Source: a virus
Lineage: Duplodnaviria; Heunggongvirae; Uroviricota; Caudoviricetes
IMG/VR virus record: IMGVR_UViG_3300042363_000209
Strand: one strand, 5' to 3'
Length of the DNA stretch: 64,000 nucleotides
Part shown: positions 1 to 8,794 of the stretch, in pieces
Layout: each line of letters begins with the position of its first letter
How positions within the stretch are numbered: the stretch's first letter is position 1
Position numbers and translations under genes: made by a program
The notes under the pieces: model-generated
The model's database searches: none
Told to the model about the DNA's origin: nothing
Seen by the model: the letters and a program-made list of their open reading frames with translations, nothing else

Positions 1-3000
1 TCAGGAACTAGTGGGTCTTCAGGCTCATCTGGAACATCAGCAATAGATGGCACATCTGGAACTAGTGGAACTAGTGGAACCAGTGGTGCTGATGGTAGTA
101 ATGGTACATCTGGTTCATCAGGTACTTCTGGAGAAACAGGTGACCAATTTGCAACAACTTCTACTACATCGTTTACATTAGGTAGTAATGGAGCCATTGT
201 TGTAGGAACACAACTTGCATATACAGTAGCTCAATCTATTGTAATAGCTTATGATATAAACAACTTCCAAGAATGTGAAGTGGTATCTTATAACCCAGCT
301 ACTGGTGGATTAATTTTTGGCACTCCAACTAGAACAGTTGGTAGTGGTACATATACAAGCTGGATAGTTAACTTAGACGGTGCTTCTGGAGGAGATGGTT
401 CTTCTGGAACATCTGGCACTACTGGAACTTCAGGATCTTCTGGGACTAGTGGTTCTTCTGGAACTGCTGGAACAACAGGAACCAGTGGTACAAGTGGCAC
501 GACTGGAACAAGTGGTTCTAGTGGTACATCTGCAATTGATGGAACTAGCGGTACAAGTGGCACAACTGGAACTAGTGGAACAGCTGGTACAAGTGGAACA
601 TCAGCTATTGATGGAACATCTGGTACAACTGGAACCTCAGGAACTAGTGGCACAACAGGTACAAGCGGTACATCTGGTTCAAGTGGAACATCTGCTACCA
701 ATGGTACAGGTGGTACTAGTGGATCAAGTGGAACAAGTGGCACATCAGGAATTGATGGTACAAGTGGATCTAGTGGAACTACAGGAACAAGTGGAACCTC
801 AGGTTCTTCTGCAACTAGTGGAACATCTGGTTCAACAGGTACATCTGGAACTAGTGGAACAAGCGGCTCTTCAGGAACTGCTGGTACTACTGGTACCTCA
901 GGAACTTCTGCAATAGATGGAACAAGTGGAACATCTGGTACCACTGGTACGTCAGGTAGTGGTGGTACTTCAGGTACCTCAGGTACAACTGGTATAGATG
1001 GTACTAACGGAACTTCTGGCACAACTGGTACTAGTGGTACTAGTGGGTCAACAGGTACGTCTGGCACAAGTGGAACATCTGGTGTAGACGGAACAAGTGG
1101 TACCTCAGGTACAAGTGGAACTTCTGGTACAAGTGCTATTGATGGCACAAGTGGTACTAGTGGAACAACTGGTACAAGTGGTACTAGTGGAACTAGCGGT
1201 ACTAATGGTACTGGTGGAACTAGTGGAACTAGTGGATCTACAGGTACTTCAGGCTCTAGTGGAACTACTGGTACAAGTGGATCATCTGGTACAAGTGGTA
1301 GTTCTGGATCTAGTGGAACTAATGGAACTGGTGGCACTTCAGGTACAACAGGAACAAGTGGTTCTAGTGGAACTAATGGAACTGGTGGAACTAGTGGTAC
1401 ATCAGGATCTAGCGGTACAACTGGAACTTCAGGAAGCTCAGGTACAAGTGGAACAACTGGTACAAGTGGTTCTACAGGAACTAGTGGTACGTCTGGTACA
1501 ACAGGAACTAGTGGATCTAGCGGAACAAGTGGAACAAGTGGTACTTCAGGTACGGCTGGTACATCAGGTATAAATGGTATATCTGGAGGACTTGTATACT
1601 ATCTAAATCAATCATTAAATACAAATACGGCTTTTGGTACTCCTACTTATAAACAATTTTCATCAACTGCTACAGGTGGTGCAGAACAAACTGTAGTTAC
1701 AAATATAGCGGCAGACACAAGAACATTAATTGCAACTTTTGCAACTGATAGTGGTGTACCAAATATAACAAATATACCTTCAGGTCTTTGGGCTTTCGTA
1801 ACACACCTTTCAATTGATACAAATAGAAATGTTGCAGTAGATGTAGAATTATACAAGTATACAACTGGTGGTGTTTCTACTCTTTTAGGAACTACAAACA
1901 TTGATACAGAATCAATGAGCAATGGTGTTATTAAAGAATTTTTTACAGATTTATTTTTGCCACAAACCACATTAAATGCAACAGATAGACTTTATTGTCA
2001 AATTTATGTTGAATTTACTGGTGGTGGTGCTAATCATAATATAACTTTTTATACAGAGGGTACGAGTAACTACTCATACGCTCAAACAACATTCAATGCT
2101 CCTTCAGGAACATCAGGTACCACTGGAACAAGTGGAACTGATGGATCTTCAGGAACTTCTGGTACATCAGGAACAAGCGGTACCACTGGTACTTCAGGTT
2201 CAACTGGTACAAGTGGAAGCTCTGGTACAACAGGTACATCTGGCTCTTCTGGTACATCTGGTTCATCTGCAACTTCTGGTACCACTGGTACATCAGGAAG
2301 TTCAGGAACTAATGGAACTGGAGGTACCTCTGGTACAAGTGGAACTTCAGGTTCTAGTGGTACTAATGGAACTGGTGGTACAAGTGGAACAAGTGGCACA
2401 ACTGGAACCAGTGGTACAACAGGTACTAGTGGAACTAGTGCAACAAGTGGTACATCAGGTACCACAGGAACATCAGGATCTTCTGGTGTTAGTGGTAGTA
2501 ATGGAACTAGTGGTACGTCAGCAACTTCAGGAACTTCAGCTACTAATGGAACTGGCGGTACTTCAGGTACTACTGGAACATCAGGCTCTTCAGGCTCTTC
2601 AGGTACTAATGGTACAGGTGGTACATCTGGAACTAATGGTACAGGAGGAACTTCTGGAACAACTGGAACCTCAGGCACATCTGGTATAAACGGTACATCT
2701 GGCACAACAGGAACAAGTGGAACTAGTGGAATAAACGGTACATCAGGTACAACTGGTACCTCTGGCACTTCTGGTGTTAATGGATCAAATGGTACTTCTG
2801 GAACTACAGGAACTAGCGGTTCTTCTGGCACTGCTGGTACATCAGGTATTAATGGTACATCAGGTACCACTGGCACAAGCGGTACTACTGGTACCTCTGG
2901 AACAAGTGGATCAAGTGGTATTAATGGTACATCTGGAACTGCTGGTACAACTGGTACTAGTGGTACATCAGGAGCTGCAGGATCTCCAGGAGCTCCTGGA

Positions 3001-5868
3001 ACTAATGGTACATCTGGATCTTCTGGATCTAGTGGTGTGAATGTTGGTTCTAGTGCTGTTATTATTGCTGGTACAGGGACTGCTTCATCTGTTAGATGTG
3101 GTGCTTCAAACACTGCTTCAGGAAATTGTAGTTCTGTATTAGGTGGTGCTGGTAACACAGGTGATTTTGCATATTCATTTATTGGTGGTGGTTGTCAAAA
3201 CCATGCTTCAGGTAACTTCCATGGAACTATTGTTAATGGACAAGGTAACTGTACTAATGCAAATTATAATTTTATAGGTAATGGATTAAATAACGTAGCC
3301 TCAGGTACACAATATAATACAGTTGTAAATGGAGCATCTAACACTGCAAGTGGAGATTATGCTTTTATAGGAAATGGTTTTGGTAATAGTGCTGCTGGAC
3401 AATGTTCATTTGTTGGAAGTGGAACTTTTAATGGAGCTAATGGAACATCTGGTGTGGTAGTTGGTGGTCAAAATAACTCTGCTAATGGATCATTTTCAGC
3501 AGTATTAGGAGGTTGTGGTAATACTGCAATGGGAGCATATTCTGGTGTATTTGGATGTGGTTTATCAAACAGTTTATCATGTTCATTCATGGCTAACTGC
3601 TTTGTACAACCTAATTTAAGTAATGCAATGATAGGTGGATGTGCTGTATGTGCAGGACCTTTGGGTGAGCTTATTGCTTACACTGCTTCAAGTGGAGGTG
3701 GTGTAATGGTTGCTGGTAGTGCTCCTGGTTCAATTCAAGGTAATGGATTTTCTAACACAGCAAGTGGATATTGTTCTAGTGCTTTAAGTGGTACTACCAA
3801 TGCTAGTTCTAGCAACGGATCAGTTATTACTGGTGGTGGATTCAACAGTAACTCTGGAATGTATTCATTCATTGGAGGAGGTTTCTTTAACAATGTAATT
3901 TCTGCAAGCTGTTCAGTTATTAGTGGTGGTAATAACAACTGTGTTTGTTCATCTAGTTCAACAATATCTGGTGGTGTATTTAACAAAATATTATCAAGTA
4001 CAAACTGTTCTACAATTAGTGGTGGTGCATGTAATATTATTTGTACTAATTCTGCTGGTAATTTAATTGCTGGTGGTAAGTCTAACACTGTTAGTAGTTA
4101 TGCCAGCTGTAATGTAATTGGAGGCGGTGATATCAACATGATTGGAACAGGTTCAACACATGGTGTAATTGCTGGTGGTACTTTTCATAATATTGGTAAT
4201 TACTCAGGTAACAATGTTATATCTGGAGGATTTATGAATAACATTGGCAGTAATGGTACTAGTGGTACTATATCTGGAGGAAGCATGAATACTATTAGTG
4301 GATATGTAACTGGTGCAACTATAACTGGAGGACAGGGTAATTTTGCTACTGCAAACTATTCAACTGTATCTGGATGTGGTTTAATGAATTCATTAGCATG
4401 TACACACATGGTTAATGATTTAGCAATCACTTCATTTGCTCCATACGTTGGAATGGGTTGTAGTATAAGCTTTGATGGCTTTGGTAAATTATGTTTAACT
4501 GCTGGTGGTGGTGGTGGATCAAGCATTATGGTACTAGGAATGGGAGCTGGTTCTACAGAAAGATGTGGTAACTTTAACACGACAGGAGGTACTAACTCTG
4601 GAGCGTTAAGTGGTTTCTTTAACAATGCAGGTGGAAGTTCGTCAGTAATTGCTGGTGGTGAAGCAAATAACAATAGTGCAGCTTGTTCATTTATTGGAGG
4701 TGGATTTAATAATTTTACGGCTAGTAGTTATCCTTTTAATAATATTGGGATGACAATTGGTGGTGGTGTTAATAATAAAGTGTGCGTTAGTTATGGAACA
4801 ATAGGTGGAGGATGTTGTAATACTATTGGAGCTTCAGGAAGTTCAGGGTTTTCTACTATTGGTGGTGGAAAGCTTAATAATGCAAATGGAGATTATTCAA
4901 CAGTTAGTGGTGGATATTCTAACAGTGCTTCAGCTTACTTTACCTTTATTGGTGGTGGACGATCCAATGGAGCATTTGCTGAAGGTGCTGCAGTTGCTAG
5001 TGGTTTTTATAATAACGCTATGAGCTGCCGTTCTTTTGTTGGTGGTGGTGAAATGAATATGGCTAGTGCATGTAGTTCTGCTATTATAGGAGGTACTATG
5101 AATAATGCAGGTGGTAATTGTTCAGTTATTGTAGGAGGTTCTGGTAACACGACTAGCAGTGCATATTATGCTAGCTTCCCTAGTTATGGTTTCATTGGAG
5201 GTGGACAAACCAATTGTAATTATGGTGGTTGGGGTTTCATTGGAGGTGGTAGTAACAATACTATAGCTGGAGGTAATATGTTTAGTAGTAGTATGAAGTC
5301 AGGTATTCTTGCTGGATATCAAAACTATGTAAGTTCAGAAATGAGTGGTATTCTTGCTGGACAATCTAACAACGCAATGGCTGCAGCTTCTGCTGTTACT
5401 GGTGGTTGTTTCAACATGAGTATGGGAATAGGAAGTGTTGTAAGTGGATGTCAGATAATGTCAACAGACTCATTTGTAAATCATGCTAGTTGTTTCAAGG
5501 CTGCTAATTTAAATCCAGGAGGTGCAATTTGTGCAAATGCTACTGGAATGATTGTTTTAAATACATCTGATGCTAGATTAAAGTGTTGCATTCAACCTGT
5601 TGGATATCAGCTTTGTGATGTTAGCAAATTAGTTCCTTCATTCTATGAATTCAATAGTGCTAATAAAGCTAATGGAGAAGGAAAACAAGTAGGATTCATT
5701 GCTCAACAAGTTAAAGACGTAGTACCTGAATCAGTAAAAATGACCTTTAGTGGATACTACTCATTTGATTCATCAAAACTAATACCTATTTTAACCAAGG
5801 GTGTGCAAATTTTGATATCTTGTGTAGATTCATTAACTTTACAGTTAGAAGAATTAAGAAATAAATAA
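1..5868 (+). CDS. Collagen-like tail fiber/receptor-binding protein, 5'-partial. Frame 1 is open from base 1 with no stop before the GTG at 280. It has two Gly-X-Y tracts (mostly G-T-S/G-T-T triplets) around a ~170-aa globular insert, a long Cys-rich glycine beta-roll repeat region, and a C-terminal intramolecular chaperone/auto-processing (S74-like) domain.
   Basis: Translation from nt 1 gives SGTSGSSGSSGTSAIDG..., so the ORF extends upstream of the window. There are hundreds of uninterrupted GXY triplets. Residues ~926-1740 carry repeats of the form GGxxNxASGxxSxIGGG (YadA-head/beta-roll-like). The C-terminus ...KQVGFIAQQVKDVVPESVK... matches the conserved motif of endosialidase/T5 L-shaped-fiber C-terminal chaperone domains. 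Confidence 0.8.
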   Translation, partial: SGTSGSSGSSGTSAIDGTSGTSGTSGTSGADGSNGTSGSSGTSGETGDQFATTSTTSFTLGSNGAIVVGTQLAYTVAQSIVIAYDINNFQECEVVSYNPATGGLIFGTPTRTVGSGTYTSWIVNLDGASGGDGSSGTSGTTGTSGSSGTSGSSGTAGTTGTSGTSGTTGTSGSSGTSAIDGTSGTSGTTGTSGTAGTSGTSAIDGTSGTTGTSGTSGTTGTSGTSGSSGTSATNGTGGTSGSSGTSGTSGIDGTSGSSGTTGTSGTSGSSATSGTSGSTGTSGTSGTSGSSGTAGTTGTSGTSAIDGTSGTSGTTGTSGSGGTSGTSGTTGIDGTNGTSGTTGTSGTSGSTGTSGTSGTSGVDGTSGTSGTSGTSGTSAIDGTSGTSGTTGTSGTSGTSGTNGTGGTSGTSGSTGTSGSSGTTGTSGSSGTSGSSGSSGTNGTGGTSGTTGTSGSSGTNGTGGTSGTSGSSGTTGTSGSSGTSGTTGTSGSTGTSGTSGTTGTSGSSGTSGTSGTSGTAGTSGINGISGGLVYYLNQSLNTNTAFGTPTYKQFSSTATGGAEQTVVTNIAADTRTLIATFATDSGVPNITNIPSGLWAFVTHLSIDTNRNVAVDVELYKYTTGGVSTLLGTTNIDTESMSNGVIKEFFTDLFLPQTTLNATDRLYCQIYVEFTGGGANHNITFYTEGTSNYSYAQTTFNAPSGTSGTTGTSGTDGSSGTSGTSGTSGTTGTSGSTGTSGSSGTTGTSGSSGTSGSSATSGTTGTSGSSGTNGTGGTSGTSGTSGSSGTNGTGGTSGTSGTTGTSGTTGTSGTSATSGTSGTTGTSGSSGVSGSNGTSGTSATSGTSATNGTGGTSGTTGTSGSSGSSGTNGTGGTSGTNGTGGTSGTTGTSGTSGINGTSGTTGTSGTSGINGTSGTTGTSGTSGVNGSNGTSGTTGTSGSSGTAGTSGINGTSGTTGTSGTTGTSGTSGSSGINGTSGTAGTTGTSGTSGAAGSPGAPGTNGTSGSSGSSGVNVGSSAVIIAGTGTASSVRCGASNTASGNCSSVLGGAGNTGDFAYSFIGGGCQNHASGNFHGTIVNGQGNCTNANYNFIGNGLNNVASGTQYNTVVNGASNTASGDYAFIGNGFGNSAAGQCSFVGSGTFNGANGTSGVVVGGQNNSANGSFSAVLGGCGNTAMGAYSGVFGCGLSNSLSCSFMANCFVQPNLSNAMIGGCAVCAGPLGELIAYTASSGGGVMVAGSAPGSIQGNGFSNTASGYCSSALSGTTNASSSNGSVITGGGFNSNSGMYSFIGGGFFNNVISASCSVISGGNNNCVCSSSSTISGGVFNKILSSTNCSTISGGACNIICTNSAGNLIAGGKSNTVSSYASCNVIGGGDINMIGTGSTHGVIAGGTFHNIGNYSGNNVISGGFMNNIGSNGTSGTISGGSMNTISGYVTGATITGGQGNFATANYSTVSGCGLMNSLACTHMVNDLAITSFAPYVGMGCSISFDGFGKLCLTAGGGGGSSIMVLGMGAGSTERCGNFNTTGGTNSGALSGFFNNAGGSSSVIAGGEANNNSAACSFIGGGFNNFTASSYPFNNIGMTIGGGVNNKVCVSYGTIGGGCCNTIGASGSSGFSTIGGGKLNNANGDYSTVSGGYSNSASAYFTFIGGGRSNGAFAEGAAVASGFYNNAMSCRSFVGGGEMNMASACSSAIIGGTMNNAGGNCSVIVGGSGNTTSSAYYASFPSYGFIGGGQTNCNYGGWGFIGGGSNNTIAGGNMFSSSMKSGILAGYQNYVSSEMSGILAGQSNNAMAAASAVTGGCFNMSMGIGSVVSGCQIMSTDSFVNHASCFKAANLNPGGAICANATGMIVLNTSDARLKCCIQPVGYQLCDVSKLVPSFYEFNSANKANGEGKQVGFIAQQVKDVVPESVKMTFSGYYSFDSSKLIPILTKGVQILISCVDSLTLQLEELRNK

Positions 5869-5897
5869 TTTAAAAAACAAAAATAAAAAATAAAGTT

Positions 5898-6242
5898 ATG
5901 TTAGTAGCTAAAATTAGTCCAAGTGCATCTTTCTCTGAAAAAGATGAGAACCCATTCAGTTCTGCAACAGTTGCATCATTTGATCACTTAGGAGTGATTG
6001 GTGTAAACTATATTCCAGGAAATGAAAAACATGAGTTTGTAGTTGTTTATGGCAACATCAAAAATGTAAATGATGTAGATTATTTACAGAGAGCTCCTCA
6101 ACGTACACAACTTGTGTTAACTGCTGCAGAAGTAGCTAACTGGGGTACAAACGATGAAGAGTTGTTTCAAATTGTTGCAGCTAAATTAGGAACATCTGTA
6201 GTGGAGTTCAAAGAAGTTAGCAATAACCTTAATGTATTGTAA
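5898..6242 (+). CDS. Hypothetical protein (114 aa), immediately downstream of the fiber gene
   Basis: Complete ORF with the same upstream context AAAATAAAGTTATG as the gene at 18928. No recognisable motif. Confidence 0.5.
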   Translation: MLVAKISPSASFSEKDENPFSSATVASFDHLGVIGVNYIPGNEKHEFVVVYGNIKNVNDVDYLQRAPQRTQLVLTAAEVANWGTNDEELFQIVAAKLGTSVVEFKEVSNNLNVL

Positions 6243-6269
6243 TATTAATTTAAGGTGAAGTAATAAAAA

Positions 6270-6297
6270 AAGCCCAGTTAATTCTGGGCTTTTTTGT
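6270..6297. terminator. Bidirectional rho-independent terminator between converging fiber (+) and decoration (-) operons
   Basis: Hairpin AGCCCAG-TTAATT-CTGGGCT preceded by an A-run and followed by TTTTTTG. Confidence 0.7.
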
Positions 6298-6301
6298 TTT
6301 A

Positions 6302-7123
6302 TTATTTACTATATCTAAATGTGTCATAGAACCATTTGTAATTGGTATAGATCCAATCTGTTACGTCCTTACCTAATAACTCTTTGGCTTTACTTCTTAC
6401 AGGTTCAAGTTTTGTACGAATAACGTGATCACCAAATGCACCGTACACTTCATCATCTTCTTTAGTTACTTGCTCAATGTGATCAAAGTCATGTTGATAA
6501 TATGTTAATCCTAGATATTCATATATCTTAATCATTGTAGTATCTGGATATAAACATAAGTCTTCAAACTTTACAAATAACATTTTGTTATTAATTCCTG
6601 TTCTAAATATCTCACTAAGTCTTTCAAGAGCAAGTCCTACAGGAGGTTGTGATGCCCATATGTCTATACGCTTAGGTACAGTGGTTCCTTGTCCTTTAGC
6701 CCAATCTAAAATATCAGATTGCTTCTCTGGATGTTTTCTAAAGTTACCTTCCATAGATGCAAATACATCACGTAAGTCTCTCACCATACAAATGATTTTT
6801 GGTTCTTCATTGTGTACAAACTGTAAGAAATCATAGTGTATGCCCCAACCTCTGCTTTTATCTATAACATATTTCTTATCTGTAATAGCATTGTAGAAAG
6901 CATCCATACCAGATTTAGCAAATGCTTGCCATCCTTTTTTCATAAGTTCAGCATCTTGAGCTTTAAACTCAGTAGAGTTAGTGTAATTAGCACGTGCTCC
7001 AAATATTAATTCAAGTACACCAGACGTAGGTGTAGCATATATATCAGGGTTCTGTGCAAGAATGTTTTGTAACAATGTAGATCCTGACCTAGGTAAAGAA
7101 CTTTGATAGAATATTTTTTCCAT
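6302..7123 (-). CDS. Sulfotransferase-family protein (PAPS-dependent)
   Basis: N-terminal 5'-PSB-like P-loop (SSLPRSGSTLLQNIL), size 273 aa, and an adjacent APS-kinase-like gene. Confidence 0.6.
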   Translation of the reverse strand: MEKIFYQSSLPRSGSTLLQNILAQNPDIYATPTSGVLELIFGARANYTNSTEFKAQDAELMKKGWQAFAKSGMDAFYNAITDKKYVIDKSRGWGIHYDFLQFVHNEEPKIICMVRDLRDVFASMEGNFRKHPEKQSDILDWAKGQGTTVPKRIDIWASQPPVGLALERLSEIFRTGINNKMLFVKFEDLCLYPDTTMIKIYEYLGLTYYQHDFDHIEQVTKEDDEVYGAFGDHVIRTKLEPVRSKAKELLGKDVTDWIYTNYKWFYDTFRYSK

Positions 7124-7989
7124 TATTTTAAAGATTTAATTACATTGTTTATATTAAACATTTCAGACTCATTATTGTAAGGAAACTCTATAAGCTCACC
7201 TGATATATTATATTTGTTCAAATAAGAGTTTCTTAGTTCAGAGGAACTTGTTTCTGGATTAGCTGTAATGTTTGTATGAATATCATATCCAAATACATTA
7301 GGAACATTTACAACCCATAGTACAGTGGATGGTTTATTCAAAGCAGCTGCAGCATGTTGACCAAAGCTATCCATCATTAATCTTTTATCACTTATACTTA
7401 TAAGTACAAGAAGTGCTCTGAATGTATCAGTTACAGGAAATGTACCTTCATAATTTATTTGATCTTCTCTTCTTATGTGAACAATATTATACTGTTCTTT
7501 AAATTCATGTATAACATTCTCCACCACATAACTAGGAATATCTCTAGCCCATGAGTATTTAACATCAGATTCAGTCCCACCATTTGTTTGTAGTAGCAAA
7601 ATAGGTTTATCAGATATGAACTTCTTACTAAAGAAATCTATTTCTCTTTTTGTAAGAAATAATTCTCCAACAGTTTTAGTTACAGGTAAGTCATATAGCT
7701 TACACCAAGTTTCAATAAGATGTTCTTCTTGTTTGATGTGCTTTGTTTCTAGATAAGGATCATGTGCAAACAATATAATCTCTTGATTCTCAATGTACTC
7801 CTTATAGAAATAAGCTTGTTGACCAAAGCCATAAGCTCTATCCACATTAGGATTACCTAAAAATACATCTGGATAACCAGAGACAACAATCAGTTTACAA
7901 TCAGGGTACTTAGTTTTTATTGAAGCACACACAGCTGTGGAGGCAATCACCTTGCCTATACCACCATTAATTTGAAATATTATATTCAT
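7123..7989 (-). CDS. GT9-like glycosyltransferase (heptosyltransferase family)
   Basis: N-terminus NIIFQINGGIGKVIASTAVCASIKTKYPDCKLIVV resembles the GT9 'ILIIRxxxIGDVIxxTP' signature. The start overlaps the upstream gene (ATGA-type coupling). Confidence 0.5.
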   Translation of the reverse strand: MNIIFQINGGIGKVIASTAVCASIKTKYPDCKLIVVSGYPDVFLGNPNVDRAYGFGQQAYFYKEYIENQEIILFAHDPYLETKHIKQEEHLIETWCKLYDLPVTKTVGELFLTKREIDFFSKKFISDKPILLLQTNGGTESDVKYSWARDIPSYVVENVIHEFKEQYNIVHIRREDQINYEGTFPVTDTFRALLVLISISDKRLMMDSFGQHAAAALNKPSTVLWVVNVPNVFGYDIHTNITANPETSSSELRNSYLNKYNISGELIEFPYNNESEMFNINNVIKSLK

Positions 7990-8372
7990 AGTTTACCTTC
8001 TTTTTTCATTTGTTCTCTAATTTGTGTAGCAGATATATCATGTATCTCTTGTGGTGGTACATGTTCAACGACATCATAACCCACCCCTCTTCCAAAGTTT
8101 ATAGACTCAATATCAGGGATAATTATAAGTCTCACCTTACCTTCTTCAATTAAATCATTTAATGCTTCTGCTAAGTTCATCATGATTTGATACGCAGACC
8201 ATGGATTCTTTTCATCCTCTTTAACATCTCTTACACATAGCAACACCTTCTTTCCCTGGTTCAATTGTTGATCAATTAACCATCTGTGACCAGCGTGCCA
8301 TGGTTGCCATCTTCCTATGAACATTGCATACCCATCCGTCTTACGGTTTCCCTCAGCTAAAATATTCTGCAT
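7986..8372 (-). CDS. Small HxGH nucleotidyltransferase (cytidylyl/adenylyl-transferase-like, TagD/HldE-domain-II class), 128 aa
   Basis: Motif FIGRWQPWHAGH equals the (F/G)xFDxxHxGH signature. The C-terminal ISATQIREQM resembles TagD ISTTKIKEEI. Length equals a minimal CTP_transf_like domain. Confidence 0.6.
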   Translation of the reverse strand: MQNILAEGNRKTDGYAMFIGRWQPWHAGHRWLIDQQLNQGKKVLLCVRDVKEDEKNPWSAYQIMMNLAEALNDLIEEGKVRLIIIPDIESINFGRGVGYDVVEHVPPQEIHDISATQIREQMKKEGKL

Positions 8373-8794
8373 ATACGCTTGATTTTATCTAAACTGTCTT
8401 CAATAGAAGTGTTAGAAGTGTTAATAATTAAATCTACATTATCCATGTGAGGAACTTCAAAGTCTTTCACTTTAAAGTCATCTCTACCTCTATCTTCTTC
8501 ATAGATGAGATATATCCATTTGACATCTCTAGTTAGTTTATTAAGATGTTCTCTAGCTTCTTCATAAGGATACACTAGTGATAACACTATGTTATAGTTT
8601 TTAGCTTTATTTAAATAGTGTGCTATATCACTGGCTCTGTTTAAGTTCTTAATCCTACCTTCTCTACTGTAGTCTTTATTCTTAAACATATCTCTTAATT
8701 CATCACCATCTATGTGATGAAATCCCTCTGCTATAAATTTTTTAGCAAGGGTTGTTTTACCTGATGCAGGTTGACCAAATAATACTATTATCAT
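8357..8794 (-). CDS. Adenylylsulfate (APS) kinase-like P-loop kinase
   Basis: Walker A VLFGQPASGKTTLAKK, followed by IDGDELRDMF...SREGRIKNLNRASDIAHYL. This parallels CysC LDGDNVRHGL...EDRAENIRRVGEVAKLF. Confidence 0.6.
   Translation of the reverse strand: MIIVLFGQPASGKTTLAKKFIAEGFHHIDGDELRDMFKNKDYSREGRIKNLNRASDIAHYLNKAKNYNIVLSLVYPYEEAREHLNKLTRDVKWIYLIYEEDRGRDDFKVKDFEVPHMDNVDLIINTSNTSIEDSLDKIKRICRIF

Noticed and set aside
280-1600. Possible CRISPR-like or satellite array, because of the highly regular 9-nt periodicity
   Set aside because: The periodicity is coding (Gly-X-Y triplets). It has no spacer/repeat structure and runs continuously in one open reading frame.
288-3158. Antisense and out-of-frame ORFs inside the fiber gene. 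These are 288..1337 (-), 2082..3158 (-), 380..916 (+), 1097..1573 (+), 2096..2689 (+) and 2774..3040 (+), with PLVP or LQEL repeat translations.
   Set aside because: They are mirror-image artefacts of the GGN-ACN-(A/T)CN collagen codon repeat. Stop-free alternative frames are expected in such low-complexity DNA. The sense frame has a coherent multi-domain architecture.
8357-8372. Considered the 128-aa HxGH protein plus APS-kinase-like protein as a split bifunctional PAPS synthase (ATP sulfurylase + APS kinase)
   Set aside because: 128 aa is far too small for a known ATP sulfurylase catalytic domain. The motif spacing fits TagD/HldE-type sugar-phosphate nucleotidyltransferases better. It is kept in the finding only as a flagged alternative needing biochemical test.
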